A stretch of 64,000 nucleotides of DNA from Psilocybe cubensis (Eukaryota). The stretch is from assembly GCA_017499595.2 (NCBI GenBank), contig CM038998.1, forward strand, positions 4,402,001 to 4,466,000. The letters run 5' to 3'. Both the position numbers and the translations under genes were made by a program. Each line of letters opens with the position of its first letter. Position 1 is the stretch's first letter. Below the pieces are notes generated by a model that was not told the DNA's origin, did not search any database, and worked only from the letters and a program-made list of their open reading frames with translations. Positions 22,796-33,371 of the stretch are shown piece by piece.

Positions 22796-23896
22796 ATGGG
22801 CCAAGTTCACTCGTTGTACAATGGCCTTTTCTCTCTCAGTCAATGGTCCATTCTCAGTGTTCGCCGACTACTATTTGGTGGAAACGAGCTGCTACTGGAA
22901 GGGTTAAAATCAGAAGAAACTACTGTGTACCTTCCCGAAGCAACTTTTCAATCACTTCCTGTCGAGATAATTCTTCATATTTTCTCACATTTGGAGCTCA
23001 AACCATACCTCTTCTCTCGCGGTGTATGCAAAGAATGGCAGCGCCTTCTCCCACTCGCTGATATCCATCCAGCACGGTGCCGTTTGATTGATCTGTATTT
23101 GAAGATGGTTAACACACCAAATTTCATCGACACTCGTACATGGATAATTGACAATCTCCAGCCGTTCGACCGACATGCGTACATTGACACCCTCCTTTCG
23201 CAATATCCAGCAGTTCCTGAAGAGTTCCGAATTTGGCTTCTAGAGTGGCCAGAAAGGGCTACTGTGAATTGTATCTGGCCTGGTCTGCCACTCGTATCGT
23301 GCACCGACTTCAGACCCAGTAGACGGTGTGGCGCTAACTGGGTGGCGTACAACAGGCATTCTCCTCAGCTTCTTGCCCCAGTTTATAGGCAGCATACCCC
23401 CTTTGCCAAGTTTGTCCCCGGTCTTTTAATTTGGAGGCAAGGTAGCTCAACAGAGTGGCTCATCTTCGACAAAGACGAACCTGAACTCTTCGGTCGTGTC
23501 TATGTCACCGATCGGTTGGAAAATGAAAAACCGGCGGTCATTCCACACGAGCGACAAAAAATCCCTGATGACGACGATGACGAGCCCATCTCTGGATCCG
23601 AGGATGAAGACGGTGAGTTCCGAGAAGAGTTCTCTTCTGGACTTATGCTAACCGACGACGTGGATTCAGAAGGCTACCTCAATGTACCATATCTCGATTG
23701 GATTAGCTTTTTGGAGCGTTGCTGGGATAAAAATGCCCGCACGCTTCAATATCATAAGGTGCATGGTTATCTAAAAGACCTTGCTATAACTGAATCCGAT
23801 ATGGGTCCGGAATTCAACTCGTTTTATGAAACTAGACTCCCCGCTTTTCCGTGGATCGCACGGGAGTCATTTACAGAGTATCTCTTGAAGAAATAG
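22796..23896 (+). CDS. F-box protein, copy 4
   Basis: Intronless 366-aa ORF with the same F-box and family core. Confidence 0.88.
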   Translation: MGQVHSLYNGLFSLSQWSILSVRRLLFGGNELLLEGLKSEETTVYLPEATFQSLPVEIILHIFSHLELKPYLFSRGVCKEWQRLLPLADIHPARCRLIDLYLKMVNTPNFIDTRTWIIDNLQPFDRHAYIDTLLSQYPAVPEEFRIWLLEWPERATVNCIWPGLPLVSCTDFRPSRRCGANWVAYNRHSPQLLAPVYRQHTPFAKFVPGLLIWRQGSSTEWLIFDKDEPELFGRVYVTDRLENEKPAVIPHERQKIPDDDDDEPISGSEDEDGEFREEFSSGLMLTDDVDSEGYLNVPYLDWISFLERCWDKNARTLQYHKVHGYLKDLAITESDMGPEFNSFYETRLPAFPWIARESFTEYLLKK

Positions 23897-24048
23897 TCTA
23901 CTACAATTCTTTACTTACAAGGAAATCTATTGTTACTTCAGCTTTCTCTAACCTTTCAAAGAACTATAGAAAACGGTCATCCAATTTCCCAGAGCTGGCA
24001 TACTTTATACATTATGCGGTTGACAATACACACGTTACGCTAGTAGTA

Positions 24049-25143
24049 CTATGCATTGCTATTTGACGAAAAATCTCCTTGTTGGTCACTGGCCCATAGT
24101 GCATACTAAATGAAACAGTGAGTAAGTCAGAAAAACCCTATAACAATATGAAGACACATACAGTGGCATCGGATTGATATATTACATGTGCCCTATCCAC
24201 AATTCGTAAGCCCAGAGTCTTTCTAACAAGATCTGTAGCATGGCGCCTGCAATTCAGGCAGAATGCTATCGGTTCTTTAGCGGTACTCATACTCAAAGAA
24301 TATACACTGATCACTCGATTGCCTTGTTCATTGTTAGCCAAAAACTGGATGGCAGCCTTCAGGATGTAAGGTAATGCAATGTTTTCAGCGCATTGCTCCA
24401 CAGGGCGTTCCTCCAAAGATTCTTCGTGCGGGTTACTGCCGTTAAGGGTGGGAAATACTAGAGCTCGGCGATAAAGACGATCCATTTTTTTCTCTGCTTC
24501 AGTGGGTTTGCGTCTGACCCTGGAAGCTGCCGAGCTGTGACCATAGTGGTCTGGGATGGTTTTCTCTTCTGTTTCCACAATGCAAAAGGCATTGAACTGA
24601 GACTTCGCGATATTGTTTCCACGGCTGTGGATATAAGAGTCGATAAATCTCCCCAAGGAAAAGTATGGATTGCGAGTTCCATTGGGATCCGTTGCTTTAG
24701 GATGTTGCAAGCTATACGCAATGGTGCGCAGGATTCGTTGATAGAAAGGGTCGTGAGTATAGGCGGGCAATGTGTCGTCGTCTCGGATCCCTATCATGGC
24801 AGGAGAAATTAGGCCTTTCTCAATCCAGTGCTTAACACAGTTGTCAAGGTAATTTGCTTTTTCCTCGTCAGACGCCGTGTCAAAGTTGAACGGAACTAAA
24901 GATTGTCAACAGGTTCGACGACTATGAGCTTGGGGTACAGACAGCAATAGAGAATCACTAACAGGGGGGATACGCTTGAGGATCAACAAGTGGTTTGTTC
25001 AGGAAAGAGGCAATTTCCTCAATATGGAACAAACAAGCGTTGAAAAATATCATATCACTCTCATTAAGAGGAGTTTGAATCATGTCTGAAGCTAGGCTCA
25101 ATTGAGTATGATTATATCGTCATATGGAACACCACATACTCAT
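24049..25143 (-). CDS. Putative Zn-dependent deaminase-fold protein (CAE...CxxC), about 4 exons
   Basis: Predicted spliced product MTSDMIQTPLNES...PVEQCAENIALPYI...VYSLSMSTAKEPIAFCLNCRR...GLRIVDRA...DAT|YALWASD...*. Predicted introns near 25093-25139, 24896-24962 and 24106-24161. Confidence 0.65.
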
Positions 25144-25401
25144 TGTTTGGCGTGAGTTGAGAATAAAGTGAGTACTTTGGCTATTGTCAAGTGGGTGCTC
25201 AAGAATAATCGATGAGATTTCGTGAATAGTTGACCTCTGCTTTTATGCATTTGCTAGGCTTGAGCGACGTTCTCCTCATGGCTAAGGGTTTAGTGAAAAT
25301 GCCTCGCATTACTGGTGCATAACATGCTAAGCTCTCAAAGAAGTCGTAGAAATGGCCTGTGTATCCTCGCGTTGTACACGCATTTTTTGAGAAGATGAAG
25401 G

Positions 25402-25417
25402 TTTGACAGCTGTCAAA
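25402..25417. promoter_or_regulatory. Perfect 16-bp palindrome TTTGACAGCTGTCAAA (TALE-homeodomain dimer-like site)
   Basis: Seen directly, ~260 bp upstream of the deaminase-like gene start. Function is inferred only. Confidence 0.3.
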
Positions 25418-27297
25418 AAGAGAAGTTCAAATCTTCATTGATTTTCCTGAGCCATGATGCAGAGCGGTTGCGTATACAACCGTTTTGCGTATACACGAGT
25501 CATTTACGCACAATATAGTTTTTACGGACGTAAGGGTAACAACATACTGCCATAAGCCCATAAGCGCCTGCAGGTAGTTTTCTGGGCTCAGATGGATAAA
25601 AGTCCAAAGGTGAAATCAAGAAAAACTTCTCTAGATGAGGGATACGCACTGTGACTCTAGCCTCTAATCTCCGCTTTTGGCCCTGAGAATATCATAGATC
25701 GCCGTCCATCTACCTTGACTCATTTGATGTGCTCTAAGAATACGGCAATCACCTCGTTCCCTTATCTCGCGCCCACAATGTAACTCCATCAATGTTACAC
25801 TTAGTAATGAAATCAAAACACGAACTATACGACTTCCGCTAAAACGTGAGTCTCAGGGACTGAACTGTGAGGGATATTTAAAATACGTGAGGTTTGACCT
25901 CATGTGATGATCCTTAGTAATTAAGCGCCCGTGAATGGCACACCAAAGTTTTAAGCCAAATACGTTGATTGAAGAAAGACAAGTAACTAGAATCCTCAGA
26001 TTATAGCCTCCTCCGTTGTACCTCAATGGCCCACTTTGCTTGCTTGGCATTTTGACCCAATGCTTCGTTTCGCACACAACATGTGCCGACCATCCGGGTC
26101 TAAAAATAATACACACGCTTCCACCTCAAGTTGTTATCTCGCGCCCACTGCATGCTAGCACTAAAAAAGAGTTCCTACCTCAGAAAGTCTCAAATATGAG
26201 CATATTAGGACTTTGAAAATATTAATCAAGAAGCGAGACGTACACCCTCCACGCTCAGTCGGACCGGCTTTCATTTGTGGATCTGAACAATCAAACGTGT
26301 ACACTTTTGACAATCACAGACTGGGTGTGGTTTCACGGTACCTCCACTCCAAAAGTCCTCAAAGCGCTCAGATAAGTCAGATCTTACCCACATCCTTGGA
26401 GAGTTATCAACGTGGCTTAGGAGTGAGTCAGGTTGAGTGAGCCTGGGGGTATTTTTTTTTAAATAGAGCGATAGTAGAGGCTACAATGAAGTGGAGATAC
26501 ATCGGTGTGCCCTTGTATAAAGGAGACCGACCCTTACGCAGTATCTCCATGAATGATTAAGCGAAATGTGGCGCTGCGCATTCTCAGAGCAGTATTAGAC
26601 AGGCTCGACCTTCAGCGCCGGGGAACATAAGGGCCCATCGTAGTACACGCCAAATAGACCGACGACAGTAATTTTTCTCCAGTACTAGACAGTGATGATC
26701 TTACAACTGGAAATATGAAAGACCCGACTATTGTCAAAATGGACGCTGTGTCTCCTTCCGTTGTGGGCGGGCATACTTCTAGTTCTGAAGGTTTCCACGC
26801 CACTAAAGTTGTTCTCGAGTTTCTCAGACTCTGTCAATTGATAGGTTTGCGCAGCGGCTGACGAATAATGACTCATAGCGCGCATTTGATGAAAGGTATT
26901 GGTCTTATTGCCGTGAACACAGAGGAGCGGATCCTCCTTGGATTTTAATGACCAGCCTCACTTACGCGTCAAAGTTAATTGCAATAAGAGCAAGTACACC
27001 GCTTTCATCAGGTTTGCTAAAGGATTTCAAATGTGCTTACTGATAGCCTTTTTGGTTTAGGTACAGACAAACAAATTCGCAAGACGTGTCCAGAATGCAG
27101 TAAGCATCTTTATACCGCTGTCAACCTGTTTTCTCATTATTCAAACAGCATCGGGATCTTCGGAGGGCCTCATACCTTCGCGTCGACTGAAATTTTAGGG
27201 CATAGTATGAAACTTCCACTACATTCAAGAATAAATAGCGGTCCAAATTTCAAAATTTGTCACTTATCCTCCTCCACACATCTCACTCCTAACCAAC

Positions 27298-28830
27298 ATG
27301 CCAGCTTTACAGTCCAACTCAGGTGTAAAAGTGCTCGTCACAGGAGCCAACGGATTTGTTGCAATGGCAATTATCCAGCGTCTTCTTGGCCTTGGCTTCT
27401 CTGTCCGTGGAACAGTGCGATCGCAAGAGAAAGCGGAAGAGACCAAGAAAATATTTTCATCTTACGGTGACCGTCTTGAGTTACTGATTATCGAAGACTT
27501 GACCCAGGTAAGCACCAGTCATTTTCAGGCTAATTATCGTCATTGTCACTGATCACGTCAACTCTCCAATAATCCATTAACCTGCAGGATGGAGCACTAG
27601 ATGATGCCGTTAAAGGAATCGATGCCATTGAGCACACGGCATCTCCTGGCCCAGGTCACTTGCCTGATGAAGATCCTTACGAAAGTAGGTTTTGAAAATT
27701 TTATATTCAGCGCATTGGAATTTATGTCTAAGCTGAACGGTTCTAGTTTACATTAATCCTGCTGTTCAAGGAACTCTGAGCATTTTAAATAGCATCCTGA
27801 AGAACGGGTACTTGCGTCTCCTACTCCACGACCCAATCAATTAGTAAATGAATGTCACAGCTCCCAGGTCAAACGTGTCGTTATAACGTCCTCTCTCGCT
27901 GCTATGATGAGGCCTATTGACGGACCCACCGTTCTGGATGAAAACGACTGGGGAGATGAGTATGTCAGGATTGTAGAAACACAAGGGAAAAGTGCATCTC
28001 CGATGGAGAAATATTATGCGTCAAAAACTCTCTCGGAGAGAGGTGAGTGGTTGTAAACGCACACTTATCGCTTCGAACTCATTGTGTGGCCCTAATAGCT
28101 GCGTGGGACTTCTGTGAGAAACACAAGGGAATGATTGGCTGGGACCTCGTCACAATCAATCCATCTCTGGTATCGTGTTCAACATATTTTTTCTTCAGTA
28201 AAGTGGTCTTATAAATTGGTACAGATTATAGGTGTAAGAGTGATCAAAATTGGCAGCTTTCTGATATTGTGCTGATCGCAACATAGCCCTTGCTTCAAGA
28301 CTTTCAGGAGTTGCACGAAGTAACTCCGTCTGTCCGCCTCTGGTTCCATTTTATGGCCACAGAACAGTCCGAAGAAATTCTGAAATCTACCTTGTCATAC
28401 GTGGATGTTCGCGACGTCTCCGCGGCTCACGTTAACGCGCTGAAAGTTGAAGATGCAGGCGGCCAGCGTTTCATCTTGTCTGCAGGTTTTTACCGTTTAT
28501 TTTGACTATGATAACCAAGTATCAATGATAATTATTCATACAGAATCAATAACTTGGCAGGATTCGCGTACGTTTCCCTATGCTTATATTATTGCATGAG
28601 ATTGACTCATACCCCAATCAATTTATCACACAGGAAATCATCTACTCGATCGCAAGCCAGAATATTACACCTCTGGAATCTTTAAGCGAGGCAATCCGAA
28701 CCTGAAGTCATACATACCATTGACTCTAAAAACTCAGAAGGCCGAGAGTATTCTTGGAATAAAGTACAAAAGCCGTGATGAGACACTTCTCAGTGTAGCA
28801 GAAGAATATAGACGCAGGGGATTTCTGTAG
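27298..28830 (+). CDS. Extended SDR, NADPH-dependent aldehyde reductase II/GRE2-like (multi-exon)
   Basis: VLVTGANGFVA, VRGTVRS, IEHTASP, VKRVVITSS, YYASKTLSER (YxxxK) and YVDVRDVSAAHV. Confidence 0.92.
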
Positions 28831-29456
28831 ACTCGCTCAAGTATGAAATAGCCTGTGATCTGCATATTACAGTTTATGAAAGGGAAACTTCAAGTTATGG
28901 TGTTTACACATTTTTGTGTGTAATATGTTTTCTTACCTCACGTAGTTTGTACTTGAGAAATTTTTGATAGTGCGGATAGACCTGCCACTATCACTGCGAG
29001 TCTGCTTACGAGCCTGCAATCGCGGCATGATATTGTCCGGCCTCGCGCGATGCGGACGCGTTTGAATTGGTACCTGACACGAGCATCCGAGTCATCGGTT
29101 TGCCATCACAACAGAGGCGGCAACTGTGACGAATTGTTTTGGAGCAACCTAAGACCAGCGGGATCCAAACGTCCCAAGAAGACTTTCGTATTTTTGACAC
29201 TCAAGCACGACCTTGATTTAATGTGACTGATTCCTCGCCCGTAAATCGTTTGCAAAGTTCATGACTCTTGCGGAAGTGTGTACAACTCGTAACCAAAACT
29301 GGTTAGAAAGCGGAAAAAATATGCGTGAATGTTTGGGAAGTAGTAGTAGTACACAGCTATACACAGACCACATACTCCAAAGCCCAATAGCTAACTTTAT
29401 GTCCGTCAACACGTATAAGATAATTTTATAGGAGACCGCTCACCAGAACAAACATA

Positions 29457-30158
29457 TCAAACCTCCGCGGCCTTTCCCTCCAGCATTGAAGGATTAGATC
29501 TTGTCAGTGCAGGAGAAGACTTAAGCTCTTGTCTGTGATGCAAAAAACACACTGTAGTGATCGAAAGGATAATAGCCGCCTCTATCGCCGAAGCAACAGC
29601 AGACGTGGTCACCGCCCATAGGATATCCGCCATCCATGTACTGCAGGCGTTTATTGGAGTTCCATTGGATCCTATCCCAGGAAAACAGAGTACAATATCG
29701 TGCTTTCTGGCGCGGTGAAAGCTGATTGCTCGCTCGACGACAGACGCCATCCACAACAACCACAAAAGCGTAGCGTAGGCAATAACTTTCGGAGAACATG
29801 GCGTGAAAGGGAGAATGGAGTCGGTGTGGTGGCGCTGTAACCATACGAGGAGCAACGTCTCTCCGTGGTGGGGCAGTGTCAGCACGAATGCCAGGATAAT
29901 GGGTATCAGCAGTTTAGGATTCTGCGAGCGGATGACATTGTCGATGACGGTGCATATGAAAGCAACGAGCGCTAAAGGGAGGGATGCACTGATGAGCTTG
30001 GCGAGATATCGAGGTATCCGATTCGGCGGTGGCTTTTCGACGTCGACGAGCGTCGACGCGATGGACGCTGTCTCTGATTTGTCGTTCTGCTGCGGTGCGA
30101 CAATCATCTCAATGTCGTTGATGACGAAGACAGCACTAGACTGCTGCGCATCTTTCAC
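29457..30158 (-). CDS. Hypothetical membrane protein with about 4 hydrophobic helices; true start uncertain
   Basis: Open 233-codon frame with hydrophobic segments (LISASLPLALVAFICTVI, LLIPIILAFVLTL, VIAYATLLWLLWMASV, AVASAIEAAIILSITTVCFL). Confidence 0.6.
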   Translation of the reverse strand: MKDAQQSSAVFVINDIEMIVAPQQNDKSETASIASTLVDVEKPPPNRIPRYLAKLISASLPLALVAFICTVIDNVIRSQNPKLLIPIILAFVLTLPHHGETLLLVWLQRHHTDSILPFTPCSPKVIAYATLLWLLWMASVVERAISFHRARKHDIVLCFPGIGSNGTPINACSTWMADILWAVTTSAVASAIEAAIILSITTVCFLHHRQELKSSPALTRSNPSMLEGKAAEV

Positions 30159-30586
30159 CGAGCTAAGTTCATAAGTCCGGCAAGTAGCTTCCGCTGCGCC
30201 GGATAACTGTTAGTTGATTGAAGCGCAGGTCAGACTGTGAAAGGTAGAAGCAGTGCACATCGTACACATTTGATGCATGCTTGTTACTGAGCTAGTGAGC
30301 ATAGTTAAAGGTTGCGAGTCAATCACTGATGAGTATGCACTGTGGCTACTATGTGACTCTGATGATCGTATCAGGTCCAACCTGTCGCGGGGCACGTTCG
30401 CAGTGAGAGATAGAAGTAGAGCAGAAGAAGCTGATTGTGTGCTTCATTTTAGTTAATGCTTTGTTGAGTCGAATCATTAAGAGCCCCCGTGGATTGATTC
30501 ATCCACAATGAAATTGTCCCACCAGCTGCTGTGACGTCTTACAAAGTAACAATATACGGAATTGTTTTTAATGGGCAGTGGAATAG

Positions 30587-31627
30587 CTAACTATTCATGA
30601 GATTCTCTGTAAACGACTCCCGTAAGCTCCATGGAACAGTGGGGAGTGCAGTAGCATAAGACGAGTTGAATTGCGGGGTGATTTCGGATTCAGGAATGAC
30701 GCGGTCCTCAAACGGACGGCACGTTTCACGGTGTTCGAGCCTTCTAACATTTTCGGCCCAGCAGCTTTCCAAATAGGTGATCCAATCTGGATATGGCACG
30801 TTGAGATACCCATCTGCGTCCGCGTCATACGCTTCTTCCAGCTCGTCGTCGTCATCGGGAATTTTTTGTCGTTCGTGAGGGATGACCCCCGATGATTCAA
30901 GTTCCAACAAACTGGTGACATACACACGGCCAAAGAGTTCAGGTTCATCTTTATCGAAAATAAGCCACTCAGTCAAGTGACTTCGCCTCCAGATTAGAAG
31001 GCCAGGGACAAACTTGGCGTAGGGAGTGTGCTGCCTATAGACTGGCGCTAGAAGTTGAGGGGAATGCTTTTTGTATGCTACCCAGTAAACGCCAGACCTT
31101 TTACGGGGGCTGAAGTCGATGCATGATATAAATGGCAGACCAGGCCAAATACAACTTACAGTCGCCATTTCTGGCCATTCGAGAAGCCATATGCGAAACT
31201 CTTCCGGAACTGCCGGATATTGGGAAAGGAGGGTGTCGATGTACGCTTGTCGGTCGAATGGCTGGAGATTGTCAATTATCCAGGTACGAGTGTCGATAAA
31301 ATCTGGCGTATTAACCATCTCCAAATAAAGCTCAGCTAGACGGAGCCGTGCTGGATGGATATCAGCCAGCGGAAGGAGACGCTGCCATTCTTTGCATACA
31401 CCACGAGAGAAGAGGTATGGCTGGAGCTCCAAATGAGAGAAAATATGAAGAATTATCTCCACAGGAAGTGATTGAAAGATTGAGTTGGGAAGGTACACAA
31501 TGGTTTCTTCTGATTTTAACCCTTCCAGTAGCAGTTCGTTTCCACCAAATAGTAGTCGGCGAACACTGAGAATGGACCGTTGACTGAGAGAGAAAAGGGC
31601 ATTGTACAACGAGTGAACTTGTCCCAT
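30587..31627 (-). CDS. F-box protein, copy 5
   Basis: Intronless 346-aa ORF of the same family. Confidence 0.88.
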   Translation of the reverse strand: MGQVHSLYNALFSLSQRSILSVRRLLFGGNELLLEGLKSEETIVYLPNSIFQSLPVEIILHIFSHLELQPYLFSRGVCKEWQRLLPLADIHPARLRLAELYLEMVNTPDFIDTRTWIIDNLQPFDRQAYIDTLLSQYPAVPEEFRIWLLEWPEMATVSCIWPGLPFISCIDFSPRKRSGVYWVAYKKHSPQLLAPVYRQHTPYAKFVPGLLIWRRSHLTEWLIFDKDEPELFGRVYVTSLLELESSGVIPHERQKIPDDDDELEEAYDADADGYLNVPYPDWITYLESCWAENVRRLEHRETCRPFEDRVIPESEITPQFNSSYATALPTVPWSLRESFTENLMNS

Positions 31628-33014
31628 CTATATAGTGAGGTATCGCTCTCGGAGTAGAGATTAGGTTTGTGGACGGGGAAAGGGAATGGTTAGCCTCCCT
31701 CTGGACGTGATGGACGTAGCTCGCAACTTTTCAGAGTCTAACGTTTTTACATTCGACCTCGTGTATGAAGAATAGGTGCACACCACCGTCATGTGATCAT
31801 CGCACCCGTCGCGCCTGAAATGATAGGAGGCGACGCGTGCACTGTCCATGGAAAGTTGCTGAAAGTATTAGACAAAGTTATAGGTGTGGAATTTGCACAT
31901 CCTGCTAATGGCCACTCCAGTATCCATATTCAAAATTCCTCTGGAATTGCTGGATATTGAGAGAGGAGGACATCAATGTACGCCTGCCTGTCAAAGGGTG
32001 CTAGAATATCAACGATTCATACGCGTATTTTGATAATTCGGGGTGTTTATCATGTTTTTGGTACATCTGGAAGAGACGTCGGCGTATCGGGTTAATGGGA
32101 GTGAGCGGAAGAAGGCGGCGCCATTCTTTGCACACTCCGTGGGCGGTGATGTAAGTCTTGAGTTTTAAATAAGAGAATATATCAAAAATGAGTTCAAAAG
32201 GAAGTGATTGAACTGTCATTTCTGGAAGGAATACGGTGTATTCCTGGAATAATGCTTGCTCCATGTGTATCCGATTTCCACCAAAGACCAGGCGCTATGT
32301 GTATGGCTTGAGTGTAACGCCGATAAAAAATCCACTGTTTATCGAATGTTAACCTATTCAAAAAATGATATGGGTCCCTCAGAACTTGTAAGGTTTTGTT
32401 GTGAACAGTAGATTACAAAAAGTGTCCCGTCGCCTTTATCAACGTTACAGGGAATCATTCTCCGTCGTTATCTCCACCTGTTGAGTGTAACCGTTGATAG
32501 GAGTCTCGAGCAGAGCCGCAGCACACAAGCGACCATATAACACGCGAAATGTCTCTTTTGGCGACTATGTAAGTTTGGTTTCTCATCCTTTCCCTCTACA
32601 CTAGCCTGCTATGCTCTATGTAATTAACCTCCTTCCACAGCGAAGTATAGTGAACAAAAGGTGCAATAATATACATCATAAATACACAATAACGCATACT
32701 CGTCAAGACCTCACCACTGACTCTACAATCAACCTACATCGAAATCGCCCCAATGCCATTATTTAAAATAACACAGTGAGTGCAGACACCACTGGTTCAA
32801 TAGCTCGTTCCAGAGAGGAGACCTACCTCAGAGATCCTGCAACGCCACTTGTTCTTGTGTTTGAAGAGGTATTGACTGGTTGCCAATTTTGCGAATATAT
32901 CTCCAGCTGTTCCAGCTAAAAACAACAACCACAACGTAGCGAACGAACCAGTTTAGTTAGACGGTCTAGAATTTAATTAGGATGATGGCAGTACATACAC
33001 GGCTAGCATCGTAT
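31628..33014 (-). repeat. Inverted duplicate of ~16903-19125 with an internal deletion of ~18020-18839
   Basis: The reverse complement matches the last exons of the 15202-17190 gene, the intergenic DNA, the 5' part of F-box copy 1, and then the upstream region of copy 2. Confidence 0.9.
31911..32264 (-). pseudogene. F-box pseudogene, copy 6 (truncated duplicate of copy 1)
   Basis: MEQALFQEYTVFLPEMTVQSLPFELIFDIFSYL... with indels near 32030-32060, CGC>TGA in EEFR, and truncation after LEW. Confidence 0.85.
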
Positions 33015-33371
33015 AAGGATGTAACTAACATAGTCTGTAACTTAAAAGACTGTCTATGTTACTAATACCATACGACGATTGCTCGTTTTAATTCTTTAAA
33101 ACAAGTAATTGCCGTCTCATCCTATATTGAACGGCCTGAACTTGCAAAACCATTTAACCCACACCGTCGAGTTAAGTGTCAGCCTTGAGGCAACATTGTG
33201 TGTGTCTCATATGCCCTGTTCCCGATATATATTCTGTGCCGCTGAACGAAAGGGAGGCGAACCTTGTTAATCGAACAACACTGCCTTCTCAAACGCATTT
33301 TGACGAACAGTTTATGCAACTTTTCATACAGAAGTAGAGTATACAGAGTGCTCTTTAATGGACAGTAGCAA

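Noticed and set aside
25500..27250. Gene-poor stretch with several short ORFs between the deaminase-like gene and the SDR
   Set aside because: I could not build a coherent spliced gene, terminal repeat or known motif. A degenerate relic cannot be excluded.
30400..33371. Search for deaminase remnants downstream of F-box copies 5 and 7 (and of copy 1 at 18619-18900)
   Set aside because: I saw no recognisable match by eye. Pairing is supported only for copies 2, 3 and 4.
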